A stretch of DNA of 64,000 nucleotides from Minisyncoccota bacterium (GCA_041665885.1 JBAYHY010000003.1:4529-68528); one strand, 5' to 3'. Shown: positions 1 to 9,889, numbered from the stretch's first letter. The notes: generated by a model from the sequence alone, not told the origin. Program-made: numbers and translations.

Positions 1-4
1 TGCA

Positions 5-466
5 ATGCTTGGTTTCTGTGTTTTTGTCGCTACGGTCGCCATTTTCCCCGCTTACTTTAGTTCTGTTTCTGGTAAAAATTTTGCGAACGCAAAACTGGTG
101 ATGCAGGAACAAGAGCCGGTTCCTTTAATTGATCAAGGTTCTCTGTTTGTGATGAAGGATATGAGCAATAAGTTAAATATAGTTGAGAATGCCGAGAAAA
201 ATAAATATTTTATTTCCCAAAAGATAATAAGCGAAATCATTCTCCTGAAAATGGAGGACATCAAAATAAGTGAAATAACTTATGAAAATAGCGCGACAGA
301 CGGGAAAAAGGTTCAGATTTGGGGGTTGGCGCCAAGCCGAGAGAGATTGTTATTTTTTCGTCGCGCGCTAGAAGAGAGTGAAGCCTTCAAAAGTGTTGAT
401 TTGCCAATTTCTAATTTTGTGAAAGGGTCGAATATCGAATTTTCCTTAAGTTTAATTCCTTCATAG
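5..466 (+). CDS. PilN-like type IV pilus assembly protein (5' end probably outside window)
   Basis: N-terminal TM segment, then PilN-like C-terminus (I.G.A..RE.LL.F...LE....F..VDLP); followed by a PilO-like gene. Confidence 0.6.
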   Translation: MLGFCVFVATVAIFPAYFSSVSGKNFANAKLVMQEQEPVPLIDQGSLFVMKDMSNKLNIVENAEKNKYFISQKIISEIILLKMEDIKISEITYENSATDGKKVQIWGLAPSRERLLFFRRALEESEAFKSVDLPISNFVKGSNIEFSLSLIPS

Positions 467-470
467 TTCA

Positions 471-1028
471 ATGCGACACAATCTTAAATTACTGAAAAAA
501 TTCAACAAAACGCCACTTTTTATTTCGCTTTTTGTTTTGGTAATTTTCTGCACAGTTTTTGTGTTTTTATATATAAAAATTGACGGCAACAAAAAAGAGG
601 CAGAAAATGCACAAACCGAATGGCAGACTGAAGCGAACAGGCGCGACGAGATAAGGTCCCTCGAACGGTCGGTAAAAGACATTGAAGTAGAGAGAAATTT
701 ATTGGATTCCCATTTTGCGCAAAGTTCTGACGTTGTCCCATTTTTAGATACCATCGAACGGCTCGCCTCCTCGGTCGGAGCGAAACCCGAAATTGTTTCA
801 GTGAATATTTTGAAAGATAATTCTGGGCTTGTGGTCGAATTAAAAGCAAGTGGAAATTTTCAATCGGTCTATAAATTTTTACTGCTTCTAGAAAATTCTC
901 CATATGAGCTTGAGTTTGTTTCAGCAGATATACAGAATACAGAGGCGCAAGATGCTTATGACGGAAAAACCGAAAATCCGACATGGGAAGCTACCTTTAA
1001 AATAAAACTTTTAAGTTTTGTATTGTAA
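471..1028 (+). CDS. PilO-like type IV pilus assembly protein
   Basis: N-terminal TM, coiled coil, PFLDTIERLA and G.FQSVYKFLLLLENSPY motifs resembling PilO. Confidence 0.65.
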   Translation: MRHNLKLLKKFNKTPLFISLFVLVIFCTVFVFLYIKIDGNKKEAENAQTEWQTEANRRDEIRSLERSVKDIEVERNLLDSHFAQSSDVVPFLDTIERLASSVGAKPEIVSVNILKDNSGLVVELKASGNFQSVYKFLLLLENSPYELEFVSADIQNTEAQDAYDGKTENPTWEATFKIKLLSFVL

Positions 1029-1037
1029 ATTAAAAAT

Positions 1038-1346
1038 ATGGAGATAAAATTTTTTAAAAAAGAAAAGAGTTTTAAAAAAGAAGGATTTCACCCGAGCCCA
1101 AGTGTTTTATGGAAATTTGTTCTTTTGGCGACCGCAGGACTGATTATAGTTTCTTTTATTTTTGCGTATAATTTGTTTTTGCAAGTAAATAAAGAGTTCG
1201 TTCCCACAGATGAGAATACAAAGGGGCAAATCAGGATTGTTAAAAAGGAGGAAATACAAAAAACGTTAGAGTATTTTTCTGAACGAGAAAAAAGATCAGC
1301 CGAGATTATGAATTCCCTGTTTCCTGTCGTTGACCCCTCGCTATAA
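1038..1346 (+). CDS. Hypothetical single-TM protein, third gene of pilus cluster
   Basis: 102-aa ORF with one hydrophobic helix, co-oriented with PilN/PilO-like genes. Confidence 0.6.
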   Translation: MEIKFFKKEKSFKKEGFHPSPSVLWKFVLLATAGLIIVSFIFAYNLFLQVNKEFVPTDENTKGQIRIVKKEEIQKTLEYFSEREKRSAEIMNSLFPVVDPSL

Positions 1347-1351
1347 AAAAT

Positions 1352-1426
1352 TGGTGCCCTTGGTAGGAATCGAACCTACATCAAGGCCTTAGAAGAGCCT
1401 CGTTCTATCCATTGAACTACAAGGGC
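1352..1426 (-). tRNA. tRNA-Arg(TCT)
   Basis: Reverse complement folds as a cloverleaf: acceptor GCCCTTG/CAAGGGC, anticodon loop CT-TCT-AA, GGTTCGATTCC, encoded CCA. Confidence 0.93.
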
Positions 1427-1430
1427 GGGG

Positions 1431-1503
1431 TGCGCGGTAAGGGACTCGAACCCCTGACCTTCCCGGTGTAAACGGGTTGCTCTACCAACTGAGCTAACCG
1501 CGC
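1431..1503 (-). tRNA. tRNA-Val(TAC)
   Basis: Reverse complement GCGCGGTTAGCTCAGTTGGTAGAGC...CCCG TT-TAC-AC CGGG...GGTTCGAGTCC; CCA not encoded. Confidence 0.93.
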
Positions 1504-1533
1504 ATATTTAACATGTTATAACATAATTACAAA

Positions 1534-1651
1534 AAAACAGTGCCTTCGTCGCGTCGCTACAACTGAGCAGACCGTGCATACTTAATCATTTTGCAACACA
1601 ACAAACAAAACAGTGCTTTCGCCGCGTCGCTACAGCTGAGCTAACCGCGCA
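1534..1651. repeat. Two 45-bp direct repeats, each ending in a degenerate copy of the tRNA-Val 5' arm
   Basis: 1534-1578 vs 1607-1651 are 39/45 identical; both end in a variant of ctgagctaaccgcgca found in the adjacent tRNA-Val. Confidence 0.8.
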
Positions 1652-1697
1652 AAAACGAACGCTTGTAATTGTAGAACATTTCCACTAAGATTTCAAT

Positions 1698-2447
1698 ATG
1701 AAAATTTTGTACGAGGATTCTAATATTCTAGCCATAGACAAACCGTCTGGTATTTCTGTGCACGGTGATGGCAGAAGTAAGAAGAAAACAATTGTAGATT
1801 GGGTTCTAAAAAACTTTCCAAAGATGAAAAATGTGGGGGAACCGATGCGAGTTGACGCAAAAGTGTTTCCGCGCCCCGGTGTCGTGCATCGATTAGACAA
1901 CGAAACGTCCGGTGTTTTGCTTTTGGCAAAAAATCAAAAAGCTTATGAATTTTTGAAAAATCAATTCTCCGCCCCCGCTTTGGAATTAAAAAATAAAAGC
2001 GGGTTGGCGGACAGGCAAGACAGAATTAACAAGACGTATGTCGCAATAGTTGATGGCTGGGTAAAAAATGATCGTGGAATAATCAACAAGCCCATTGGCC
2101 GAAGTCCGAAAGATTTTCGTCGGCATTTAGCGGGGCGCGGAGTGCGCGGGGAGATTCGAGAAGCTATTACTCAATATAGAGTTTTGAAAAGATTTGAGGC
2201 TCCGCAGAAATATACTTATCTTGAAATTCGTCCCAAAACAGGCCGAACGCATCAAATTCGGGTACATATGAAATTTTTGAATCATCCGGTAGTCTGTGAT
2301 TCTTTATATAACCCAAACGGCATTTGTCCGCCAGGGATTAAAAGATTAGCGCTTCATGCAAAATCTATTGAATTTAAAAACCTGAAAGGGGAAACAGTAA
2401 AAGTGGAATCGTCATTACCAAAAGAGTTCATAAAATTGCAAAAATAA
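1698..2447 (+). CDS. RluA/RluD-family RNA pseudouridine synthase
   Basis: IDKPSG, VHRLDNETSG, TGRTHQIRVH and LALHA motifs. Confidence 0.95.
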   Translation: MKILYEDSNILAIDKPSGISVHGDGRSKKKTIVDWVLKNFPKMKNVGEPMRVDAKVFPRPGVVHRLDNETSGVLLLAKNQKAYEFLKNQFSAPALELKNKSGLADRQDRINKTYVAIVDGWVKNDRGIINKPIGRSPKDFRRHLAGRGVRGEIREAITQYRVLKRFEAPQKYTYLEIRPKTGRTHQIRVHMKFLNHPVVCDSLYNPNGICPPGIKRLALHAKSIEFKNLKGETVKVESSLPKEFIKLQK

Positions 2448-2473
2448 AGAGTTTGTGTTAAATTGAACCCACT

Positions 2474-2893
2474 ATGGCAGGAAATAAAATAACAAAAATA
2501 AAATTTAGTCCGGTAGATATCGAGGCCCGAAAGAAACTTGATTTTAAAGCGGGGGATACTATCAATGTGTCTTCTAAAATTCTTGACGAAAAAGGTAAAT
2601 ATCGTCTGCAGTCCTTTGAAGGTATCGTACTTGCGAGAAAGCACGGCAAAGAGGTAGGTGCTACTTTTACCGTTCGTAAAATTGCCTCTGGGGTAGGAGT
2701 AGAAAGAATTTTTCCACTGTATTCTCCGATGATAGATAAGGTTGAAATAACTAAAAGAGCTCGAGCCCGCAGATCAAAATTATATTACATTCGTACCAAA
2801 GCGGTGAAAGATGTTCGCCGAAAAATGCGCTCTGTCGCCAATCAGGCTGAAGCCGAAATAGAAGTAGAGGCAGCAGAAAAAGTTGCTGAGTAA
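2474..2893 (+). CDS. rplS: 50S ribosomal protein L19
   Basis: RLQSFEGIV, FTVRKIASGVGVERIFP, RRSKLYYIR. Confidence 0.97.
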   Translation: MAGNKITKIKFSPVDIEARKKLDFKAGDTINVSSKILDEKGKYRLQSFEGIVLARKHGKEVGATFTVRKIASGVGVERIFPLYSPMIDKVEITKRARARRSKLYYIRTKAVKDVRRKMRSVANQAEAEIEVEAAEKVAE

Positions 2894-2899
2894 AACAAT

Positions 2900-2982
2900 G
2901 CGCGGGTGTTGTAACAGTAGCCAAGCTGCCTTGAGGTGGCAGTGTCCGCAAGGACGTGGAGGTGCAAATCCTCTCCCGCGCA
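2900..2982 (+). tRNA. tRNA-Leu(GAG)
   Basis: Acceptor GCGCGGG/CCCGCGC, anticodon arm CTGCC TT-GAG-GT GGCAG, long variable arm; T-loop reads TGCAAAT. Confidence 0.9.
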
Positions 2983-3100
2983 CAAAGTAGCAATTCTATA
3001 TATTTTTTGCTATATGGATTACCATATACCAATTGCACTCGGACATTATGCAAATAAACTTGCATATGCTCCTCGTTTATTGGTATAAATTAGAGCACAT

Positions 3101-3173
3101 GGTGCCTATAGTGTAATGGTTAGCACTAGAGCTTGTGGAGCTCTCGGTCAGGGTTCGAATCCCTGTAGGCACC
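3101..3173 (+). tRNA. tRNA-His(GTG)
   Basis: 8-bp acceptor with G-1:C73 (GGTGCCTA/TAGGCACC), anticodon arm AGAGC TT-GTG-GA GCTCT, GGTTCGAATCC. Confidence 0.93.
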
Positions 3174-3215
3174 CACGTTTAAACTTTTTCTTTTTCTCCT
3201 GTATAATCTAAACAC

Positions 3216-4604
3216 ATGAAAGAAACAAAATTATTTCCTGAACCGATATCTCTGAAAAAACTTATTGGTCCAAGTTTCATTATTCTTGCCTTGGGGCTTG
3301 GTTCCGGAGAAGTTATTTTGTGGCCTTATTTAACGGCTAATTATGGTTTAGGTATTGCTTGGGGGGCGATTTTGGGAATCACTTTTCAGTATTTTATGAA
3401 TATGGAAATAGAGCGCTATGCCCTCGTTAAAGGCGAGAGCGTTTTTGTCGGTATTTATAAGTTATGGAAACCGGCAATTTATTGGTTTATTGTCTCGACC
3501 TTTATCGGTTTCGGCTTGCCGGGGATTATTGCTGCTTCGGCGAAAGTTATGGCTAGCGTTCTCGGAATAGAAAATTTTAAATGGATAGCAATTTTGTTTT
3601 TGTTAATTATTGGGCTTATTTTAAGTATGGGGAAGACTGTTTACGGAATGATGGAGCGTCTCACGAAAATTATTATTTTAATTGGAGTCCCTTTTATATT
3701 TTTACTCGCTGTCTTTCTGGCTACGAGAACAGATTGGGTTGCATTGTTTGGTGGAATAATAGGAAAAGGGGAAGGGTTTTGGTTTTTACCGGAAGGCGTT
3801 AGCATTGCAACATTTCTCGCTGCCTTTGCTTATTCTGGAGCGGGGGGAAATTTAAATTTAACTCAATCAATCTATATAAAGGAAAAGGGTTATGGCATGG
3901 GAATTTATTCACAAAAAATTGCCAGCCTTTTTTCCAGGGAGCAGGACAATGAAATTGTTTTAGATGGCACGGATTGCGCCGCGACGAAGGAAGATGTCAG
4001 TCGTTTTAATAAGTGGTGGAAACTGATTAGTATTGAACACGCTTTTATTTTTTGGTTTTTGGGTGCAGTGTCGATGATTTTTCTCATGCTTTTATCTTAT
4101 GCGACTACCCACGGGCTGGCCGGAAATGCCGAGGGAATTAATTTCGTTATAAACGAAGGAGTAGTTATTGGGGAAATTGTATTTCCTTTCGTTGGGGTTT
4201 TGTTTTTGGTGGTAGTTTCTATTATGCTTTTTCAAACACAGCTCGGTGTGATGGACTCTACTTCGCGCATCATGGCAGAGAATTTTGCTATTAAAAAACT
4301 AGACGGGCAAGAAAGAGGAAAAATCAATCTTTCTAAAATATATTATTCTTTTGTTTGGGCGCAGATTGCTTTTGGGATAATTTTATTTTTATTTAATTTT
4401 TACGAACCAAAGACCTTAATTGTCTTAGGTGCGGTGATCAATGCCTTCGCGATGTTCGTGCATTTGGCTTTAGTTTCTTGGCTTAACCATAAGAGTCTGC
4501 CGAAAGTTTTCCGTCCAACTGTGTTACGAAAAATTATAATTGGAATTATTTTTATCTTCTTTGGTGCTTTTAGTTTTATCGTTTTAAAAGATAAACTTTT
4601 TTAG
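3216..4604 (+). CDS. Nramp-like (YcsG-type) APC-superfamily transporter
   Basis: IGPSFIILALGLGSGEVILWP start and about 11 hydrophobic segments. Confidence 0.8.
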   Translation: MKETKLFPEPISLKKLIGPSFIILALGLGSGEVILWPYLTANYGLGIAWGAILGITFQYFMNMEIERYALVKGESVFVGIYKLWKPAIYWFIVSTFIGFGLPGIIAASAKVMASVLGIENFKWIAILFLLIIGLILSMGKTVYGMMERLTKIIILIGVPFIFLLAVFLATRTDWVALFGGIIGKGEGFWFLPEGVSIATFLAAFAYSGAGGNLNLTQSIYIKEKGYGMGIYSQKIASLFSREQDNEIVLDGTDCAATKEDVSRFNKWWKLISIEHAFIFWFLGAVSMIFLMLLSYATTHGLAGNAEGINFVINEGVVIGEIVFPFVGVLFLVVVSIMLFQTQLGVMDSTSRIMAENFAIKKLDGQERGKINLSKIYYSFVWAQIAFGIILFLFNFYEPKTLIVLGAVINAFAMFVHLALVSWLNHKSLPKVFRPTVLRKIIIGIIFIFFGAFSFIVLKDKLF

Positions 4605-4643
4605 GTCATTGTTATCTCTTTTGTGTGGGTATATAATATTTTT

Positions 4644-6719
4644 ATGGCCCTAGGAGAAAAATTAGCAAAAATATCACAGGAGCTACAAACATCTAAAACA
4701 GAAGCCGAAAAAAGGTTTAAAGACAAAGAGCTTGAACCAGTTCGCGCTAAAATTAAAGAGCTTGAAGTTCAAAAATATCAGTTAGAATTAGTAAAAGGTT
4801 CTTTGGAATTGAGGTCTGGAGAAAAAACAGGTAAGGGGATGAGGGAGTATTCTTCCGAAACAAAAGAACAATCTAGAAGAGAATCCCAAAAGCTTGATAT
4901 TTTAATAGAAAAAAATAAAGAAGCTCTTCAGTCTATTGGAATAAAGGACAGAGACCAGCTTGTAGAAAATCCAGAGTTTGCCGAAGAAGAAGAAGTGGTT
5001 AGTTATAAAAAATCGGCAATTCAAAACGAGGGATTAAAAATGTCTGATTCTGTATTGCAAGAAAGACTGCAGGGTTTAGGAGTAAATTTTGATACTGAAA
5101 ATTTTTCTTACGATTTCGCCGAAAAAGCATTGTCGGAAAAATTAAAAACCCTTGAAAGAGATCTTGTGTTGGAAAAATTAAAAACACCAGAGGGGAGAGA
5201 AAATGTGCTAGAAATGGCCACAAGGGGCCTTGAGAACTCACTACCGAAAATAGATGTCGCAAGAGGTTATGTTTTTGTTAACGGCTCGGGGTTTTCATTG
5301 GAAAGATTGTCTGAAGCAAGGTTGCTACCTGAAAATATTAAAGAATACCAAGCAATATATGGTGAAGACATAACAGAGGAGGCAATAAAAAAAATACATG
5401 AACAGAAGGTGAGGGAAAGAATTTTCGATTCTGACAGAAGAGGAGAAAATATTTTTTCTTTGCAACACCAGATGGAGCTCGTTAAACCAGAAGAAGCTGA
5501 AAAAGCAAAAAGGCTTATGGAAAATTTTATTGAAGCTCAGAACAAATTTAGAATAGCCGCAAAACAGAAATCCGAAGAGCTCAAGGAAAAAAACATAAAT
5601 TTTGATCCGGCATATGCCACTAGATACGGTGGTGAATATGAAGATTATATTCGGATAACAGAATACAGAGAAAGCGAACGAGAGATTATGTCTGCGCTCG
5701 AGGATTCATCAAATTTTCCGCCTGAGTTTGATTTTGTGAAGCTTCAAGATTACATAAGCAATAGAATGGGTTCGGTTTTAAAATTTACCGAAGCTGTAAA
5801 GGGTATAAAAACAAGAGAAGATGTAAATAATTTTCTGGGTAGCGGAGGGGCTGTTTCGAGTGCCCACACAGATCAGCTTAAATCCCCACTTTCTGTGGCT
5901 AGGTTTAAGTTTACGCGAGAAAACTCAAAAGCTTTTTCGAACGATTCCTTCTTCGCAACAATAGAAGAAATGTCTGCAAGGTGTAAAACTTATGCCCAGG
6001 CAGAAGAATATCTCAATGGAAAGTCAAATGCTCTTTTAAGCATGGTGCCTGCCACTCTTAAAAAAATTGAATTAGCCACTGATGTTTGGAAAAGAATGAT
6101 TGATTTCTTACAAGAAGCAGAAAAAGAAAAATTTAGTTCTTCTCCCGATGGCAAGAAAACGATAGAGTCCATGATTAATGGAATAGAAGTAGGCAAAAAG
6201 AGCGCATCTAAGTTAATGTCCGAACTTACAAAATTAGAATCAGAATTGCCAAGAGAAACCGTTGTTCTTGAGGGGGGCAATATCACAGTTCCAGCTATTT
6301 CAAAACGATTGGAAGAATTGAAAAAAGACACAGAAGGTGAAGAGAAAAACTTAACTAGCCTAAAAGCGACAATTGGAAAGCATAAATCAAACGAACCAAG
6401 GTTTTTTGGAAAGGATAAATGGGAAGACGAATTAGCTGATTTGGAGAGGAAAAGAAAAGATTTAGAGAAAATAATTAGTAAGATGAAAGACGAGGATTTT
6501 CCCTCTTTAGCTAGAAAACAAACTTATTATGTTCCAGTCGAACGATATTGTCCCCAGGAAATAGAAGAGTTAGTCAAGAGCCAAAAGTCAAAAGGGGGTC
6601 CAAACGAAGTTTTTGGAAAGCTAAGGGCCCAGCTTGGTGAAATTATTGATCGCAAGGTTTCAGAATCTGTGGCGAAGCTCTACAGGGAGTATCAAGAACT
6701 AGAAAAACAAATGCAATGA
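4644..6719 (+). CDS. Large Glu/Lys-rich coiled-coil hypothetical protein
   Basis: Long open frame; start moved to ATG 4644, 6 nt after TATAAT at 4632-4637; no recognisable motif. Confidence 0.8.
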   Translation: MALGEKLAKISQELQTSKTEAEKRFKDKELEPVRAKIKELEVQKYQLELVKGSLELRSGEKTGKGMREYSSETKEQSRRESQKLDILIEKNKEALQSIGIKDRDQLVENPEFAEEEEVVSYKKSAIQNEGLKMSDSVLQERLQGLGVNFDTENFSYDFAEKALSEKLKTLERDLVLEKLKTPEGRENVLEMATRGLENSLPKIDVARGYVFVNGSGFSLERLSEARLLPENIKEYQAIYGEDITEEAIKKIHEQKVRERIFDSDRRGENIFSLQHQMELVKPEEAEKAKRLMENFIEAQNKFRIAAKQKSEELKEKNINFDPAYATRYGGEYEDYIRITEYRESEREIMSALEDSSNFPPEFDFVKLQDYISNRMGSVLKFTEAVKGIKTREDVNNFLGSGGAVSSAHTDQLKSPLSVARFKFTRENSKAFSNDSFFATIEEMSARCKTYAQAEEYLNGKSNALLSMVPATLKKIELATDVWKRMIDFLQEAEKEKFSSSPDGKKTIESMINGIEVGKKSASKLMSELTKLESELPRETVVLEGGNITVPAISKRLEELKKDTEGEEKNLTSLKATIGKHKSNEPRFFGKDKWEDELADLERKRKDLEKIISKMKDEDFPSLARKQTYYVPVERYCPQEIEELVKSQKSKGGPNEVFGKLRAQLGEIIDRKVSESVAKLYREYQELEKQMQ

Positions 6720-6765
6720 TTTCTTTGCTTGGGCACTCGGTGTCCAAAGGGTGAATCTTTTGGCT

Positions 6766-7161
6766 TTATTTCTTTTCTTCTACTTCTTTATCGATATGTT
6801 CCAGTTTTTCCTCCACCCTTTTCAGGGTTTTTTGTAAATTTTTAAGTTGCATTTCTTCTGTCTCGAGTTCTTCCTCTTCTTTTTCTTCTATCTTTTTCTC
6901 ACCGACTAGGCCGGAAATGATCAGTTTGCTCCCGACGAAAGCAGAAACGAATACTCCCGTCATAAGTAGCATAACGCTACCGATAATTAATGAGAGGACA
7001 GAGCTAACGCTCATGTCATCTGCGATATGCCAAACTCCACGCCAAAACAGCACAACCCCAATACCCCCAATAAATGCATAAAGAATAGGGTAATGGCTTA
7101 ATTTTTCTCTTATTTTGTTTTCCAACTTATCAAAAAACCTAACAATACTTTTTATAAACAT
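6766..7161 (-). CDS. Hypothetical membrane protein (2 TM plus coiled coil)
   Basis: GGIGVVLFWRGVWH hydrophobic hairpin and charged C-terminus. Confidence 0.8.
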   Translation of the reverse strand: MFIKSIVRFFDKLENKIREKLSHYPILYAFIGGIGVVLFWRGVWHIADDMSVSSVLSLIIGSVMLLMTGVFVSAFVGSKLIISGLVGEKKIEEKEEEELETEEMQLKNLQKTLKRVEEKLEHIDKEVEEKK

Positions 7162-7200
7162 ATTTCTAATAATACACCAAATTATGCTAATATAAAATAG

Positions 7201-7644
7201 ATGAAAAAAGTTTCCAAAAATATTAAAGAAACGACAGAAATAGCAAAAACTTTTTTGGATAAAATCCTAAAAGATAAAAAAAACACAGAAAAGGCCACCA
7301 TTGTATGCCTTTCCGGCAATTTGGGCGCTGGCAAAACTGCATTTACCCAGGGCGTGGCAAAACACTTGGGTGTCAAAAGCAAGGTCGTGAGTCCTACTTT
7401 TGTAATATATAAAAAGTACCCGCTTAAAAACAAAAAACATAAATATTTATTTCATTTGGACGCGTATCGTCTTAAAAATGAAAAAGAATTATTGCATTTG
7501 GATTGGAATAAAATTGTTAGCGACAACGAAAATCTCGTAATCGTCGAATGGCCCGAGAATGTAAAAAAAGTTATTCCCAAGTATGCAAAATATATTTACA
7601 TATCAAACGACAAGAATGATTCAAGAATTTTGGAACTTAAATGA
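7201..7644 (+). CDS. tsaE: tRNA threonylcarbamoyladenosine biosynthesis ATPase TsaE
   Basis: LSGNLGAGKT, V.SPTF, HLDAYRL, IVEWPE. Confidence 0.95.
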   Translation: MKKVSKNIKETTEIAKTFLDKILKDKKNTEKATIVCLSGNLGAGKTAFTQGVAKHLGVKSKVVSPTFVIYKKYPLKNKKHKYLFHLDAYRLKNEKELLHLDWNKIVSDNENLVIVEWPENVKKVIPKYAKYIYISNDKNDSRILELK

Positions 7645-8207
7645 ATTATAAGAATATTTGGGAAAATGAAATTCTAATAAAGGTGCTTAAGGGCGGTGGA
7701 ATCGTCGTGATGCCGACTGATACTATTTATGGAATTGTCGGTGCTGCCCTAAACGAAGCTACGGTTTTGCGTATTTATGAAATAAAAAAAACAGCGCCAG
7801 AAAAACCGTTTATTATATTAATCGGTGATATTAATGAAATTGAAAAATTTTCTGTTGTTTTATCTTCAGAACAAAAAAACATAATAAAAAATTATTGGCC
7901 CGGTCCCGTTAGTATTATTTTTGATTGCTTGGAAGATTCGTTCACATATCTTCATCGAGGCACGAAAACTTTGGCTTTTCGTTTACCCCAGAATATAGAT
8001 TTACAAAATTTATTAAATAAAACAGGTCCACTTGTCGCCACCTCTTCCAACCGTGCAGCCTTGCCCGCTGCCAAAAACACCACCGAAGCAAAAAATTACT
8101 TTGACGACCAAGTTGACCTATATATGGATGGAGGTGAAATCTCAGGTAAGCCGTCTAAACTTATTCGATTGCACAAAGATGGTTCAGTCAGTATACTTAG
8201 AGAGTAA
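7641..8207 (+). CDS. tsaC: L-threonylcarbamoyladenylate synthase (TsaC/YrdC/Sua5)
   Basis: PTDTIYGI, YWPGPVS, AFRLP, ATSSN. Confidence 0.92.
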   Translation: MNYKNIWENEILIKVLKGGGIVVMPTDTIYGIVGAALNEATVLRIYEIKKTAPEKPFIILIGDINEIEKFSVVLSSEQKNIIKNYWPGPVSIIFDCLEDSFTYLHRGTKTLAFRLPQNIDLQNLLNKTGPLVATSSNRAALPAAKNTTEAKNYFDDQVDLYMDGGEISGKPSKLIRLHKDGSVSILRE

Positions 8208-8230
8208 TAGCCTAACAAATAATAAAAAAC

Positions 8231-8761
8231 ATGTCACAAAATCATACCTCGTTTTTGCGCTCAATTTTCAAGGAGAATGAGGAGGCAAGGAAAAAAATAT
8301 TTCGCAGCATAAAAGCCAAGGCCAATGCGAGAAGAAGTACCTCAGAAAAAGTTGCGGATTTTATGACGGATAATTTCGGAAGTAGCATTTTTTTGATACT
8401 TAACGCAATTTTTTTCGGGGCCTGGATAGTTATTAACACATCTCAAATAAACGGAGTGCCTGCTTTCGACCCTTTTCCTTTTAATTTGCTCACTATGATT
8501 GTGTCTCTCGAGGCCATCATCCTTGCTATTTTTGTGCTTATTTCTCAAAATCGAACAGCGAAGGTAGATGATCTCCGAGAAGAAACGCATCTACAACTCA
8601 ATATTATTTCTGAAAAAGAAATTACCAAGCTTATGAAAATGCTGGCGCTTCTTTTGGAAAAACAGGGGATAGACCTCTCGCAAGATCCCGAGTTGCACAA
8701 GATGATTCGACCTGTAAGTGAGGAAGAAATAGAGAGGAGATTAGAAAAAGAAATTTTATAA
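8231..8761 (+). CDS. DUF1003-type membrane protein
   Basis: FDPFPFNLLTMIVSLEAIILAIFVLISQNR signature. Confidence 0.85.
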   Translation: MSQNHTSFLRSIFKENEEARKKIFRSIKAKANARRSTSEKVADFMTDNFGSSIFLILNAIFFGAWIVINTSQINGVPAFDPFPFNLLTMIVSLEAIILAIFVLISQNRTAKVDDLREETHLQLNIISEKEITKLMKMLALLLEKQGIDLSQDPELHKMIRPVSEEEIERRLEKEIL

Positions 8762-9831
8762 TGGAAATTCAGAAAGATCACGATTTGTCTAAATTAAATA
8801 CTTTTGGTATTAGGGCGACTGCTCGGTTTTTCGTTGAAGTGAAATCGGAGGAAGATTTAATGGCGCTTTTTAAATTACCCGAGTTTAAGGAAAGTAAAAA
8901 AATGTTTCTCGGGGGCGGAAGCAATGTCCTTTTTACAAAAGATTTTGACGGAATAGTTGTAAAAATTTCAATTCTCGGCAAAAAAATTCAGGAAGAGAAT
9001 GATAAAAATATTTTGCTCGAAATTGGCTCCGGAGAAAAATGGCATGATTTAGTGACCTACGTTGTGAACAACAACTGGGGAGGGATAGAAAACCTGGCGC
9101 TTATTCCCGGCACGGTAGGTGCTGCGCCTGTACAAAATATCGCGGCTTATGGGGAGAACTTCTCAGACGTTTTTGAATCTCTCGATGGATTTAATGTTGA
9201 AAATGGGAAAATTGATAAATTTGGAAAAACAGAATGTAAATTTGGTTATCGGGAAAGTGTTTTCAAGAAAGAATTGAAGGGGAAATATATAATTTTAAAA
9301 GTTCGAATTAAGCTTTCCAAAAATCCACAAATCGAAACCTCGTATTACCAGATTGGGATAACCCGGGACTCGATAAAAGAAGAATTACAGAAAATAACCA
9401 AAGTCCCCTATTCCATAAAAGATGTATATCAGGCGGTGGTGAATATCCGCTCCAGGAAACTTCCCGACCCGGCCCATATTCCAAACGTTGGTAGTTTTTT
9501 CTTGAATTCCGTTGTCAGTAAAAAAAAATACGAAGAATTAAAAAAACAGGTTTCTGAGTTGCAATGCTACCCCCCCGACCAGCTTTATTATAAAGGAGTG
9601 GCGGAGAACAACGAGGATTATGTAAAAGTTGCGACAGGGAGACTTTTGCAAGAACTTGGCTGGTTGGGAAAATGGGTTGGGAATGTTGGTATACATGATA
9701 AACATGCCCTGGTGGTTGTCACGAACGGCAGGGCCACTGGAGAAGAGGTTGTAAATTTTACAGAACAAGTTAAGAAAAGTTATTTTGATCGTTATGGCCT
9801 AAAATTAGAAACCGAGGTTAATTTGATTTAA
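8761..9831 (+). CDS. murB: UDP-N-acetylenolpyruvoylglucosamine reductase
   Basis: GGGSNVLF, ENLALIPGTVGAAPVQNIAAYG, FGYRES, NVGSFF, HALV, LETEV. Confidence 0.96.
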   Translation: MEIQKDHDLSKLNTFGIRATARFFVEVKSEEDLMALFKLPEFKESKKMFLGGGSNVLFTKDFDGIVVKISILGKKIQEENDKNILLEIGSGEKWHDLVTYVVNNNWGGIENLALIPGTVGAAPVQNIAAYGENFSDVFESLDGFNVENGKIDKFGKTECKFGYRESVFKKELKGKYIILKVRIKLSKNPQIETSYYQIGITRDSIKEELQKITKVPYSIKDVYQAVVNIRSRKLPDPAHIPNVGSFFLNSVVSKKKYEELKKQVSELQCYPPDQLYYKGVAENNEDYVKVATGRLLQELGWLGKWVGNVGIHDKHALVVVTNGRATGEEVVNFTEQVKKSYFDRYGLKLETEVNLI

Positions 9832-9848
9832 GCATTTTGGGGTGTATA

Positions 9849-9889
9849 ACCCGGTAGTGAGACTTTTGCAAAAAGCTCTACTCCCGGGT
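9849..9889 (-). repeat. REP-like hairpin family copy A (CCC..AGTAGA...CTCACTAC(C)GGG)
   Basis: acccggtagtgag at 9849 is the exact reverse complement of ctcactaccgggt at 11303-11315. Confidence 0.7.
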
